From a virus (Duplodnaviria; Caudoviricetes): a stretch of DNA of 64,000 nt. Position 1 is the stretch's first letter; the number at the start of each line of letters is the position of its first letter. A program made the translations under genes and the position numbers. This document shows positions 44,701-54,563 of the stretch, piece by piece. The stretch spans positions 1-64,000 of IMG/VR virus record IMGVR_UViG_3300025715_000361. One strand, 5' to 3'. The notes below the pieces were generated by a model that searched no databases, was not told where the DNA came from, and was given only the letters and a program-made list of their open reading frames with translations.

Positions 44701-47700
44701 ACATTCCCGAATCCGAAAGGTGGGCAGTGGACGGCAGATGATCTGGTAGAAGCATTGATTTCAGGACAGGCAAGGAACATCAAACCGGCTGAAATCGGGT
44801 ACGAGGATGAAGCAGAAAAAGCTGAAACAATATGGGCAGAAGAGCAAGCCGCAATCGAAGCTGATAAGCCCCCGATTTTAAAAGTGGCATTACCGAAAAA
44901 CGAATCAGAATTTTTGAGATTAGTGCTTGCACATGAGTTGCCCGGTACAAAATCTGAAGCGGGTGGAAAAGAATATACTCATGACGGAGATTATTGGAAC
45001 GTAAATGGTAAATACATAAGTAGGAATGATCTGTTTGATTATTTAGAAAAAAATAATTTACTGCAAGAATTTTTAGAAAACTTCGAAGTTGCGGAATTAG
45101 AAGTTCCTGTGCCGTACTTTGAGTCTCATTATATTGATGAAGATCGGCACCCGCCAACAGATATGGACATGCAAAATGCTCTGAGCGCATTGCCTGATGG
45201 CTCTATTGTTACAGTGTTTAGAGACCCCGGGATTACGAGAATTCCGATAACATGGTGGGAATATAAAAAGATAGATGCGATGTGGCATCTCAATAGAATA
45301 GATGGTGCTGAAATTGACGATAAAAATGAAATAGCAGAAAAATATAACATTGAGAAGATAATTAAAAGTGAGGATTTAAATGCGTGGGCAGTAGAGTTTG
45401 GAGGATATTTAAGTTTCGATACTAAATCAAAGCAAACATTGTTGGAATTAGCCGCTACAAATAAAGACATAATGAATTTAATGCGGATTCCAAGGAAACC
45501 GGATTGGCAAGATGAAGAAGCAAAAAGTTTTAAAGCAGTATCCTTCAATCCTGAAGAAATTGAAAAGCAAAAAGAAATAGCATCGGTTGTAGAGGAAGCC
45601 GTAAAAGATGCTCCGCAAGCGATTGTTGATATTGAGAAACAAGGGAGAGATGTACTTGATAAAAAGGCAGAACTTGAAAAAGAAGATAAACAAATAATTG
45701 AAAACTCAAAAGAAGAAGGGCTTGGAGGTCTTGAGAAAAGTGCGAAGTTATTTGTTCAGGGTGACAAGGTTGTCGTTTCTGGACAAAGAGGAACGGTTGT
45801 CTCCGTAAACGGGCCATTGGTTAGAGTGCATTTTAGTCATATGCCTGCAAAGGGTTTTACCGATTGCCCTGCATCAATCGTGTTTCATGATGACGGTGCG
45901 GCAGAGTATTTTGCGGCAGTTGAAGGTGAACTGGAAAAAGAAAAGAAAAGGAGAGGAAGGAAGAAAAAGGAAGAAGATATAACAGAAGATAGCAGTGGAT
46001 ATAACATGAAACTTGAATCAGATAATACAAAACTTATTCTGATATTGGGCAGACAGCAATATGGTTCAAGTCTTGGCAAGGTATTGCTGAAAGAAATGCT
46101 TCAAAATAGTTTCGATACAATCAAGGAAGCTGTTTATAAAGGAGTGTACAAAGCCGGAAATTTAACAATAAGAATAGATGATATGGAGCGTACTGTTGAA
46201 TTTATAGATGACGGCATGGGAATGTCGGCAAAAACATTACGTGAAGCATTTTTTACAATTGGCGGTTCGCAAAAGGATGTTCCTCCGGAATTGGCAAGCG
46301 GTGGCTTGGGGCTTGCAAAGATGGCTCTATTCACTTCTGCTGAAAAAATAAGAGTCGAAACTACGCAAGCAGGAGAAACAGAAAAAAGAGTATGTGAAGT
46401 AACGGCAATCGAACTCATAAAGAGTGGTGACAAGGATGGAAAACCATTCAAAGTAGAAAAACAAACTTCTGAGAAAAGCGAACACGGAACTTCAGTAAAA
46501 TTGTGGATTCCGGAGAGCTTTATGATCGATGGCAAGTATGTATATATAAGTTTTCCCTCTTATGATTCAGGTGTGTGGAATAGTAGCATTATGACGAGGC
46601 CATTGCTTGGCCCGATAAATGTTAATGTAGAGCATTATGATGTTTTGGCTGGAAAATATGAAAAGATCGCATTAGATATTGGTGAAAAAACAGATAACAC
46701 AGCATTCCCTCCATTTCGTTATAAAGTAAATTGTCCGGATTGGGGTTGGATGGATGTATATTACGGTGAAGAACGTAAATCCAATCCGGTTCACCAAGTT
46801 CTATCTTCTGGGATTTATCAATTTCACCATGCTTTTACAGATTCAAATAACAATATGATCCCTTATGATATAACAATTAACGTGTTTTCAAAGGTAAAGA
46901 CAGACCATAATTATTATCCATTTAACAATACCCGAGAAAGCTGGAGGTCATCGATTAGTGCGGATATTGAAGGTTTAACTGCATACTTATTGAGAATTGC
47001 AAGAGGGAACGAAGCTGAGGAATTGCTTGAAAATTTTAAAGATGTTGTGAGCCTTCCGATGTTTGATTGGGAAGCATTGCTGACAAAAACTGGCGATGAA
47101 TTTGAAAAGGCAATGTCTGAATACAGGGAACAGACACGCAAATCTCTCGGATTGAAACAGAATGAAATATCCGAAAAAGACAAAACAGAAGCAAAAAAGA
47201 AAATTGAACAGTCTAATTATAAGGAAATAGAAATAACCAAAAATGGTGTAGATGCGGTAGAATCAGGAACTCCTCCGGTTCCGACATCCGTGGCACCGCC
47301 TCAACCGCTGCCGCCTGTTCCCCCGCCGCCGCCAAAAAAGAAAAATATCATGACACCACAAGGTGTTAAGGATGCGATTAAAAACGAAACGCACAAAGCT
47401 AAAAACATCGACATCGAAGGAGAAATTAAAGACCCAAAACAATTCCTTATTGACATCGGAGCAACTACAAAAGCCCCTATTTTTCATTCCAATTTAAACA
47501 AGGATTTCACGACCATTGCCACAAAAGGCAATGCTTTGGATTTCTTTTCGAAACTGGGTTCTATTGTTGTGGAAATGAAACGTGATTTATCAAACAGCAA
47601 TATTGCGGGTTTTGGAAAAGAATTAGAAGAAGAGTGGTATGCCGGTGTATCATTGGACAAGGAGTATGGAGGATTATGGTTAGTTGTTCCATACAAGGTA

Positions 47701-50700
47701 ATTTATCTGAATCCTCTTTACACATTGGGGAGGGAACCGCAAACTTTTAGTGGGCTTGCTGAATATTTATATAAGGCGGCAATCCATGAATTTGCACACA
47801 TGACCGCAAGCGGTCATGGAGAATGGCATAATCAAGTGCAGATGATGCTTGAGATACACATGGCAGATTCAGGGCTGAAGGATTATTATATCAACGCATT
47901 CAGGCAAGTATCGGCAGAATACTTTGAATTATGGAGGGAATTGAGCAATGAATTTGACAAATCGACAACGCAAAATGTTGGAAGAGGCCTTAAAGAGCAT
48001 GAAGGAAAGCGGCTTGCAAGGGGAAGTGCTTTATCAAGAACTAATAATCTTGCATCAGAATCTAGCCGAGCTTTATCGGAGAGACACTCAATTGAACCCC
48101 CCTACCCCGGCGATCAAAGATTGCGAGAGGATCGTGGAATTTCTGACACAGGCCGGTACGCTGCAAGAGGCAGAAAAGAAGCTGAAGGAAAAGTTGGATT
48201 AAAGGAAATACAGGGAATATTCGGAAAGAATGTTGAAGTCCTTCAGCATGGAAACAAGTTTTTTCTGAAAACAAAAAGCGGTCATTTCCTGTCCGTCAAC
48301 AATGTATCGGAAATAAAGCCGGATGAAGTATTGTTTGAATTTACATATGGAAGGAAATTCGATCCGGAAAAAGAGCAGATTGTAGGTGACTACGACAATG
48401 GAACCATCAGGGTGGTTATGGGCAAATCAGGAAAGTGGACGCTTGCCCACGAATCGATCCACTGGATGGAAGATGTTGGGATTATCTCGAAACAGGATGT
48501 CGCAATCCTGAAAGCCCATATCAAGAAGCTTGTTGCAGAAGGTAAATACAAGCCCGAATCCAAAAAAGATATCGGTGGTCAGGAGGATCGTGCAAACTTT
48601 ATTGCGGATCAGCTTACCGCTCCAACAAGCAAGGGATTTGTCGGCAGGGTTATCGATAAGATCAGATCGTTTATCGATGGGATCAGATCGTTTCTGGGCA
48701 TGAAGCCCACTGCCGGAGGGATTATCAGGTCGATCAAAAGTGGAAAAGTTTATGAAGGAACAGAGACAAAGCCGGAGGTTTTTTCTGGTGCCGGATATTC
48801 AGCAAGGGATACCAAAACGGATGTTGAAGAAAAAGGTGATGTTCAGGAAACCTTGCCGGGGCTTTCGTATGAAGAGAATTTCCAGTTGACACCGGAAGGA
48901 GAAGCTTACAGAGGGCCGGTACAGCCGAAGAAAAAAGAACCGGAGCAGGGAAGGTTGTTTGCGGCAAGAAAGAAACCGCAGAACTTGAAAGACAGAATCA
49001 ATCTTTATAATGAAAAATTACAGAAAGATTTCAAAGCCCTTAACGAGATCATAAAGAATCCCCGTCCGGTTGGCAATTCAAGAGCGGAGATTGACAGGTA
49101 TCTCGGTGAAATTCAGATAACAGAACATTCTTTAACAGCACTGGCAAAGGAAATTTCGAAAGAACTTCCGAAAGAGCGGCAACACGCCATTTCCAGATGG
49201 ATGAGGGCCGGTGGAGATATGTCGTTACTGCGGGAGTGGGCAAAGAAATATCCCGGCGACAAGTCCTACAAGGATGCCCTTACCCTCACAAAGAACGAAA
49301 AGGAATGGGCAGACTTCTTCGTGAAACAGATTGAGAACGATGCAAACCTTGCATTGCGGTCTGGTTTGTCGAGATCGTTTGCGATCAATTACATGAAGGA
49401 TGCCATATTTTCCGATGTGGCAAAGCAGAAGATTTATGCCACGGTTGAATCACCATTGATGCAAACCGATCCCGAAAAAGCAATGAAGTACATTCTGAAG
49501 GAACTCGGGAAAGCCCCAAAGAGCATTGGAGCATCCTTCATTGCTTCCAGAAGGGCTCTTCATGATTCCATGTCCCTGAAAGCCATGCTGACAAGGCTTT
49601 CAAAAACAAAGGAAGAGGATGGAAGGTACACGCTCATTATCGGCGGTGCTGGAAAACCCTTGAAAAAGGAAGATCAGGAACGGCTTAAAAAGGTAGATGA
49701 AAAGTTTCTGGCAAAAGAGAACATCAGGGAAATGAACCGTAGCACAAGGGACTACCGGATGTTTGAACATCCCAGTATGTTCGGTCACATCTATTACGAC
49801 CTTGATGAAAACGAAAAGCAGACATTCTATGCCGGAGATTTCAGGGTGCATCCGGCGGCATATTCGAAAATCAACGCCTTGCTCGGAAAGTCCCTGATCC
49901 GGTCATGGAAAATCCCTAAATGGATTCCTTTCATTGGTGGAATGAAGCCGGGGAAGATGGCGTTAAAGGCGGGTGCGTGGATCAAAGGGACGATGCTCGG
50001 AATGTCACCGTTCCACCTTACCCATACCGGATCGCACGCAATCTTCCATGATGTGAATCCGTTCAACTTGAAAGAGATAGACTTCGAAAAGCGGCCTCTC
50101 CTTCGGGAAGGTGTGAACCATGGGCTCTTGCTGATTGATCGTCATGCCATGGATGTTTTCAGGGAAGGGCTTGCGGCAGGCGGTTTGTGGAATTCCCTGC
50201 CGACAAAAGCCGGTAGGTGGGTAGGTGAAACGCATGAGCAATTCACGAAATTCACCTTCGAAAACATGATTCCAAGGATGAAAGCGGATGTTTTTGAAAA
50301 GACAGTCGCACACATGGAGAAGAAGTTTGCAAAGGAACTTGCGTCTGGTCAGATGACAAGGGACCAGATGCTTTACATTGCGGCGGCTACGTCAAACAAT
50401 GCTTTCGGTGGTCAGAACTATCGATCCATGGGCCGCAACCCAACTCTGGTCGATGCCATGCGGCTCATATTGCTTGCTCCGGACTTCCTTGAGTCCCGTC
50501 TGAAGTTTTTCGGACAGGCTTTGACAAGGTATGGAACTGAATCAAGGACTGCCCTTATCAAGTCGGCAATTTATATGTCCGTACTTGCACAAATAGCAAA
50601 CGTCCTTATCGGTGACGATAAGCGGATGCACTGGGAGAAGCCGTTCACGGTGATTGCCGGTGGTCGTGAATGGACACCAAGAAGTGTTGCCGGTGACATG

Positions 50701-51384
50701 ATTCATTTGGTTACGGATTGGAGAAACTTTGCTTACAACCGGCTTAACCCGCTGTTTGGAAAACCGGGAGCGGAAATTGTTACCGGAAGAGATCGTCTGG
50801 GCCGGAAGATGGAGCCGGAGGAGATTGTGCAAAGTGCATTCAAGGGCTGGATTCCAATTCCGTTGCAGGGTGCTGTTCGTGAGCCGGGAACGGAATTACT
50901 GGATTCTTTGCGGAACACGATGTTTCAAGCCGTAGGTCTTTCCAACTATCCGTACCGAAGCCAGTTTGACAGAGAGGTACAGGAAGCGTTCCAGAAGAGA
51001 ATTGTTATCTCCGCACCACCGGAGGATCGCAAGCGGTTGGCCCTTGTTCGGAAATTTGGCAACGAGATGAAACGGCTGAGGGAAGAAAATAAGCCCATTA
51101 CGGATGTTTACATGAAGATGCACAAAGCCGTACAGAACAAGGAAATGTTCAAGGAAGATATCAAGCTTGCTTACCAGAGAGCAAAGCAGAACACGACCAT
51201 GGTCGAGTTGAAATCCCTTCAGGCCGAGGATTTGGCAAAGTTGTGGGGCTATGCCACACCGGAAGAAAGGCAAATGTACAATAGGATTAAAAAGACAAAG
51301 TTTAAGAACCTTCGTGAAAACCATCCAGAAAGATATTCAAAATTGAGAGAGAAATATCCGGAGGTTTTTCAGACTTCTTTCTAA
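41755..51384 (+). CDS. 3209-aa large polyvalent/internal virion protein with a GHKL ATPase and two HExxH motifs
   Basis: KEMLQNSFD...DDGMGMS...GGLGLAK...GTSV (about 46006-46500); HEFAH 47785-47799; HESIH 48448-48462; no RNA polymerase motif recognised. Confidence 0.75.
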   Translation: MDQNNLPMDDGSGVRGFWDRIEGKKSFGLFGKKEPENMPVPLSAEKVEPQPPSPVSQAELPMDDGAGVRNFWAQQEKPKSFGLGVTSKEMPSNIGRRVFADPLVGLTRGALVGIPEAATGLLDVATLGQVGFGKAYEKATTALGLGDFKSQNEYFNKLLSDETREAQRKVSEAKGFIDTTFTALTNPSAIVQTVAQSMPPMIAGARLGGAIAGLTKWAPELIGKAAETEALAAKTAGVKEGIRQALLGNPKEAAKFFEEGAKRAKDILSQGEKDILKRWATIGGIAEGAVTAGQNLSQVRGEAPEGEVTATQALTMGFSGALTGLIGVAGGRLAARMGITDFDTLAAAGRKGFVADKELGIFKRLIGGAIQEGIFEELPQSIQEQMAQNIAQGKPISEGALEAGAMGMLAGFAQSMGVNVAQKTWEKARAKSDPTTQKLDEDIKKLNLDFGGIMDVPEALETKDYKSTFGITPKGFTPTEIPPTTPPPSTPPPAGGGGGENLGGVGMAPTAPSGAPRTVDEVFKRLAEGREGVPPLLTERTGQLQQGEVEGKPQVKKAVPGEGLGVGRKNVTPEEYAGGLTPIEKKRFETRKEEAAKRLANPKRGTKEKAAKDVAESGYEYNPAVMVDGKIYTYGAKPTPAETKKGLHGPIMDNIPGVRGAKDVQTGYVDKNGNFLPRLPEKPVESPVKEAPAKAEAPVEPAKVENAVNLRDNDVIDSVVTVLKSKQFRFGAEEAKARVKTVIGQIGNDQVTMDTLLKSSIAGKYVKPTTKATIPPVTSPVVSAEEATKRRQEFEKSIEKPVSSEPKAIEAPVTPVTPVKPNLEAASKVLREQTQSKKDFNTKLESAAPGTTFTIAEGKHAGTWTKLKKVWKHEKGMTVSKDYGKLFGNRDEIEKTLTLPQAKAPTAGKMKGPQNLVSYIQSLGHLKATGDLASKMGSQRFVKGKGWVTTGKMTVKEQADLGKVVRIEGKLNLDEFVQDLHETFPNPKGGQWTADDLVEALISGQARNIKPAEIGYEDEAEKAETIWAEEQAAIEADKPPILKVALPKNESEFLRLVLAHELPGTKSEAGGKEYTHDGDYWNVNGKYISRNDLFDYLEKNNLLQEFLENFEVAELEVPVPYFESHYIDEDRHPPTDMDMQNALSALPDGSIVTVFRDPGITRIPITWWEYKKIDAMWHLNRIDGAEIDDKNEIAEKYNIEKIIKSEDLNAWAVEFGGYLSFDTKSKQTLLELAATNKDIMNLMRIPRKPDWQDEEAKSFKAVSFNPEEIEKQKEIASVVEEAVKDAPQAIVDIEKQGRDVLDKKAELEKEDKQIIENSKEEGLGGLEKSAKLFVQGDKVVVSGQRGTVVSVNGPLVRVHFSHMPAKGFTDCPASIVFHDDGAAEYFAAVEGELEKEKKRRGRKKKEEDITEDSSGYNMKLESDNTKLILILGRQQYGSSLGKVLLKEMLQNSFDTIKEAVYKGVYKAGNLTIRIDDMERTVEFIDDGMGMSAKTLREAFFTIGGSQKDVPPELASGGLGLAKMALFTSAEKIRVETTQAGETEKRVCEVTAIELIKSGDKDGKPFKVEKQTSEKSEHGTSVKLWIPESFMIDGKYVYISFPSYDSGVWNSSIMTRPLLGPINVNVEHYDVLAGKYEKIALDIGEKTDNTAFPPFRYKVNCPDWGWMDVYYGEERKSNPVHQVLSSGIYQFHHAFTDSNNNMIPYDITINVFSKVKTDHNYYPFNNTRESWRSSISADIEGLTAYLLRIARGNEAEELLENFKDVVSLPMFDWEALLTKTGDEFEKAMSEYREQTRKSLGLKQNEISEKDKTEAKKKIEQSNYKEIEITKNGVDAVESGTPPVPTSVAPPQPLPPVPPPPPKKKNIMTPQGVKDAIKNETHKAKNIDIEGEIKDPKQFLIDIGATTKAPIFHSNLNKDFTTIATKGNALDFFSKLGSIVVEMKRDLSNSNIAGFGKELEEEWYAGVSLDKEYGGLWLVVPYKVIYLNPLYTLGREPQTFSGLAEYLYKAAIHEFAHMTASGHGEWHNQVQMMLEIHMADSGLKDYYINAFRQVSAEYFELWRELSNEFDKSTTQNVGRGLKEHEGKRLARGSALSRTNNLASESSRALSERHSIEPPYPGDQRLREDRGISDTGRYAARGRKEAEGKVGLKEIQGIFGKNVEVLQHGNKFFLKTKSGHFLSVNNVSEIKPDEVLFEFTYGRKFDPEKEQIVGDYDNGTIRVVMGKSGKWTLAHESIHWMEDVGIISKQDVAILKAHIKKLVAEGKYKPESKKDIGGQEDRANFIADQLTAPTSKGFVGRVIDKIRSFIDGIRSFLGMKPTAGGIIRSIKSGKVYEGTETKPEVFSGAGYSARDTKTDVEEKGDVQETLPGLSYEENFQLTPEGEAYRGPVQPKKKEPEQGRLFAARKKPQNLKDRINLYNEKLQKDFKALNEIIKNPRPVGNSRAEIDRYLGEIQITEHSLTALAKEISKELPKERQHAISRWMRAGGDMSLLREWAKKYPGDKSYKDALTLTKNEKEWADFFVKQIENDANLALRSGLSRSFAINYMKDAIFSDVAKQKIYATVESPLMQTDPEKAMKYILKELGKAPKSIGASFIASRRALHDSMSLKAMLTRLSKTKEEDGRYTLIIGGAGKPLKKEDQERLKKVDEKFLAKENIREMNRSTRDYRMFEHPSMFGHIYYDLDENEKQTFYAGDFRVHPAAYSKINALLGKSLIRSWKIPKWIPFIGGMKPGKMALKAGAWIKGTMLGMSPFHLTHTGSHAIFHDVNPFNLKEIDFEKRPLLREGVNHGLLLIDRHAMDVFREGLAAGGLWNSLPTKAGRWVGETHEQFTKFTFENMIPRMKADVFEKTVAHMEKKFAKELASGQMTRDQMLYIAAATSNNAFGGQNYRSMGRNPTLVDAMRLILLAPDFLESRLKFFGQALTRYGTESRTALIKSAIYMSVLAQIANVLIGDDKRMHWEKPFTVIAGGREWTPRSVAGDMIHLVTDWRNFAYNRLNPLFGKPGAEIVTGRDRLGRKMEPEEIVQSAFKGWIPIPLQGAVREPGTELLDSLRNTMFQAVGLSNYPYRSQFDREVQEAFQKRIVISAPPEDRKRLALVRKFGNEMKRLREENKPITDVYMKMHKAVQNKEMFKEDIKLAYQRAKQNTTMVELKSLQAEDLAKLWGYATPEERQMYNRIKKTKFKNLRENHPERYSKLREKYPEVFQTSF
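47948..48202 (+). CDS. candidate overprinted 84-aa helical protein nested in another frame of the giant gene
   Basis: GGAGGG RBS 9 nt before ATG; natural amphipathic composition; host frame here reads as an R/S/G-rich linker. Confidence 0.45.
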   Translation: MNLTNRQRKMLEEALKSMKESGLQGEVLYQELIILHQNLAELYRRDTQLNPPTPAIKDCERIVEFLTQAGTLQEAEKKLKEKLD

Positions 51385-52640
51385 AAGATACTTGGGTATA
51401 AGAGTTTATCGCCTTTTGATCTCATGATTGTGTGCGTGAGGTTTGGGAAATTTTCCAGAGTGAGTTGTTCTGGCTTTGGAAGGTACCCGACATCCACGCA
51501 TAGGGCGAAGATTTTCTGGAGGCAATAAAGCTGTTCCTTGTGTTCATCGTCGAATTCAAGGACGGAATTCTCAAAGAAGGAGTCGCTTATTTCAGAGTAA
51601 TCACCTTTGTACCATCCTTCTTTGATGCAAAGATCGCCAAGCTCCGTGCCGGGATATGGTTGGAAGATCGAACACCAAGCATATTCCGGCCTTGCTTTTA
51701 TGTTCACTTCCAGAGTGTTCAAATCCTCTTCGATTGTGGATGTGGGTAGGCCGAGTATGTTTTGAATCATAAGCTTAATTCCCCATTTGCGTAACATCTT
51801 TGCGGCATCTATGGCTTCCTGATTTGAAGTTTTTCCCCTCTTTATAAGCTTCCGCAAGCGTTCACTGCCAGTTTCGAGTGCGATTCTTATGCTTCTGCAA
51901 TTGGCATCGACAAGCAAGACTACTCTTTCCTCTGTGACTTGTGCCGGCCGCATATGGCAATGGAACGGTATGTTCACGGAAGCTTGATACATTCTCGAAA
52001 ACTTCCTTAACCACGGCAAATCAGTACCGAAACAGGAATCCTGAAAATACGCCCATTCAGGTTGAACATACGCAACTTCCCTCACGACATCTTCTGGTTC
52101 ACGAAGCCGGATACGTGGATGGTCTGGAAACATCTTTGCCCAACGATCATTGTAGCAGTATGCACAGTTGTAATTACATCCTCTTGAAGCAATGAAGTCC
52201 CTCATGTACGGAAGCAGAAAATTTTTGGGATGGAAATCTGTCCTGTCGGGCCATGGGTATGAGTTGATATCCGTTGTGAAATCGTTGCCAGTATACCTTG
52301 CCATGAACGATTCTCCATCTCCACGGTGCAGGATGTTTGCCCAGACGACATCTTCTGGGAAGAAAGTCGGGTGCGGCCCTCCGGCAATTGTTTCAGGCCG
52401 AACACTGCCATCAATGTCATAGATTCTCATTAATTTTTCATTTAGTGATTTGAATAATGCCTGATCTCCGGTCATGATGGAATATCCTATTGTATCCGGT
52501 TTCCACATTTTAGTCATTTTAAAAGCTTCATCAACGGATACAATCTTGCAAAGATGCTTGTTCTTTTTTATAATGGAGGAAAGGTACATGACACCAAGGT
52601 TTTCCATTTTTTTCGACTTTATTACGAGAAGGATTTTCAT
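51381..52640 (-). CDS. B12-binding radical SAM enzyme
   Basis: ENLGVMYLSS, IAGGPHPT, SRGCNYNCAYC, ALETGSER. Confidence 0.85.
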   Translation of the reverse strand: MKILLVIKSKKMENLGVMYLSSIIKKNKHLCKIVSVDEAFKMTKMWKPDTIGYSIMTGDQALFKSLNEKLMRIYDIDGSVRPETIAGGPHPTFFPEDVVWANILHRGDGESFMARYTGNDFTTDINSYPWPDRTDFHPKNFLLPYMRDFIASRGCNYNCAYCYNDRWAKMFPDHPRIRLREPEDVVREVAYVQPEWAYFQDSCFGTDLPWLRKFSRMYQASVNIPFHCHMRPAQVTEERVVLLVDANCRSIRIALETGSERLRKLIKRGKTSNQEAIDAAKMLRKWGIKLMIQNILGLPTSTIEEDLNTLEVNIKARPEYAWCSIFQPYPGTELGDLCIKEGWYKGDYSEISDSFFENSVLEFDDEHKEQLYCLQKIFALCVDVGYLPKPEQLTLENFPNLTHTIMRSKGDKLLYPSIF

Positions 52641-52723
52641 TGGATTCCTTTCATACGGGTGTAGGGTTTAGGGAGATAAAGACGGATTTTGGGGCATCCA
52701 GACATGAGGTACTTAAAATCATC

Positions 52724-52957
52724 ATGGATGTTGCGAAAGAAGGGATAGAAAATAGTGGTGTATCTTGCAGGGAGCTTGCCAAGGTAATTGGCGTACATGA
52801 AATAAGGATATCCGAAGTCCGTCACGGTCGCAATATCAGCAAAAAATTGATTCGGTTGTTAATTGGATATGGGTATCTGGATGTGAATGAGATTCTCAGA
52901 AGGACGAAGCCATCTCACATCAGAATCTTGAAGAACCTTTTACCATCATGGGCGTGA
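52724..52957 (+). CDS. XRE-type HTH regulator, opposite to its neighbours; start uncertain
   Basis: SCRELAKVIGVHEIRISEVRHG. Confidence 0.6.
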   Translation: MDVAKEGIENSGVSCRELAKVIGVHEIRISEVRHGRNISKKLIRLLIGYGYLDVNEILRRTKPSHIRILKNLLPSWA

Positions 52958-52971
52958 TGTGTCAATCCAAT

Positions 52972-53160
52972 TCACAGAACATCAAATCGTTTCTTCCATG
53001 CGATACCACGTCCTTTTCTCCATTTGGATGCTTGTCGGGCAAGGGAGCTATGCGTACCGGATGGCTTGCCTTTGTGAGAAGGTTTCGCAAACGGAAGTCC
53101 TACCTTTGAGCAGATCATTTTAAACATTTCATCTTTTTCTGAAAATTCTTTATTTGTCAT
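52972..53160 (-). CDS. small basic hypothetical protein
   Basis: MTNKEF... after GGAGG. Confidence 0.55.
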   Translation of the reverse strand: MTNKEFSEKDEMFKMICSKVGLPFAKPSHKGKPSGTHSSLARQASKWRKGRGIAWKKRFDVL

Positions 53161-53537
53161 GTTACCTCCGGTAGTTTCCCGATTTTTAAACCCCACATTG
53201 TATCCAACTCAAACATATGTGCTTCACAGTAAATCTCTCCCAGATGGTTTATTCTTGCATCAGAAACCCATGCAAACGGCACCATGTCTTTGATTACAAA
53301 GATGCCGGGGTAGAATTCTAATGTTGTGATATGCACCCCGAGAATTTCTTTCTGGGTTGTCAAATCGTCTGTGTTTACATTCATGCCAAGGTATTTCAAA
53401 ATGTTGTCGAGCATTGCAAAAACCATTTCATTGGCCCTTGTGCATACTTCATCTTTCAGCATGGCCTTTTTGTTCATGCGGTGCTGGAGTTCATCTTCAG
53501 ATATTTCGAACCATTTAGTTACCTTTTTATTCTTCAC
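53157..53537 (-). CDS. hypothetical protein
   Basis: 126-aa ORF in an overlapping-gene chain. Confidence 0.6.
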   Translation of the reverse strand: MKNKKVTKWFEISEDELQHRMNKKAMLKDEVCTRANEMVFAMLDNILKYLGMNVNTDDLTTQKEILGVHITTLEFYPGIFVIKDMVPFAWVSDARINHLGEIYCEAHMFELDTMWGLKIGKLPEVT

Positions 53538-53748
53538 CGGCGTTCTCCTTGTATCTAATTGCTATTGCAATAGAATTTAATGCTTCTGCTATTCTTTCTG
53601 AACCGTTTTTTATTTCTAAAGACAGTACCTCCAATGCTCCCATTCGGGTAGATGCGTTACTCAATCCCAAGTGCTGTGCTCCAGAAAAAATTGCATCAGA
53701 AAGGCCGTTCACCGCATCAATAATTCTTTTAACTTTGTGTTCTTCCAT
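53527..53748 (-). CDS. hypothetical protein
   Basis: 73-aa ORF, GGAGG RBS. Confidence 0.6.
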   Translation of the reverse strand: MEEHKVKRIIDAVNGLSDAIFSGAQHLGLSNASTRMGALEVLSLEIKNGSERIAEALNSIAIAIRYKENAGEE

Positions 53749-54563
53749 TATTGAAATACCTCCGTTGCGTATATTTCTTGTTTCCAGAATTCAATCGTAT
53801 CTTTTATGCCGGAATGAATATCGTATTTCGGTGTGTATCCCAAAGAACGCAATGGGCGTATGTCCGCAGTAATGTATTCTGGAAACGGATGCGTACCGTA
53901 TTCCAGTAAATCAGACCTTCCCAAATCTTTGCCAATGATCTCTGTTACTCTCCTCAAAGACCTGATTTCTCCCTGCCCGACATCATACACCCCGCTTTGA
54001 TCGGACTCCATGATTGCCACCATTGCCCTTGCAATATCTTCCACATGGATGAAATCGATCATCTGTTCTGGATGGTTAATGGTTATTTTGCGATCCATCA
54101 GGAGATGGATAATCGTTGACGAGATTATTTTTTCCGGACGTTCATATGGCCCATATGGGTAAAATATCGTTGCCCACCCGATACCGATTCCCATGATATT
54201 GCAGTATTCCCACATGACTTCTCGAAGTGACTTTTTGCACCGTCCATACAGGGTATTTGTCCCTTCAGCACACGTACCGGCTACCACTATCTTTTCACCG
54301 CCGTATTTATAGAATTCCCGCATCAAGTGAATGGATCGGTCAAACCATTCCGTATTGTTAGGATTCTCCCAGTAAGTGGGCGGTTTCACATCCCATGCCG
54401 CATGGACAAGGTATTTAGGTTCATATTGCGAGAAGATTTCGGATGCAAGGTGGTGCGAGTAGTACCATTTTTTCCACTTGAACACCTTGTATCCTTTTTC
54501 TTCTAGAATCTTTACGCAGAACCTTCCGATCCATCCGTCTCCCCCAGTGATAATTACATTCAT
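53748..54563 (-). CDS. NAD-dependent epimerase/dehydratase (NDP-sugar reductase-like)
   Basis: VIITGGDGWIG, LVHAAW, GTCAE, TLYGRCK, YGPYE, DFIHVEDIA. Confidence 0.85.
   Translation of the reverse strand: MNVIITGGDGWIGRFCVKILEEKGYKVFKWKKWYYSHHLASEIFSQYEPKYLVHAAWDVKPPTYWENPNNTEWFDRSIHLMREFYKYGGEKIVVAGTCAEGTNTLYGRCKKSLREVMWEYCNIMGIGIGWATIFYPYGPYERPEKIISSTIIHLLMDRKITINHPEQMIDFIHVEDIARAMVAIMESDQSGVYDVGQGEIRSLRRVTEIIGKDLGRSDLLEYGTHPFPEYITADIRPLRSLGYTPKYDIHSGIKDTIEFWKQEIYATEVFQ

Noticed and set aside
41755-51384. N4-like virion RNA polymerase
   Set aside because: Size and position fit, but I found no polymerase motifs; GHKL and HExxH motifs are present instead.
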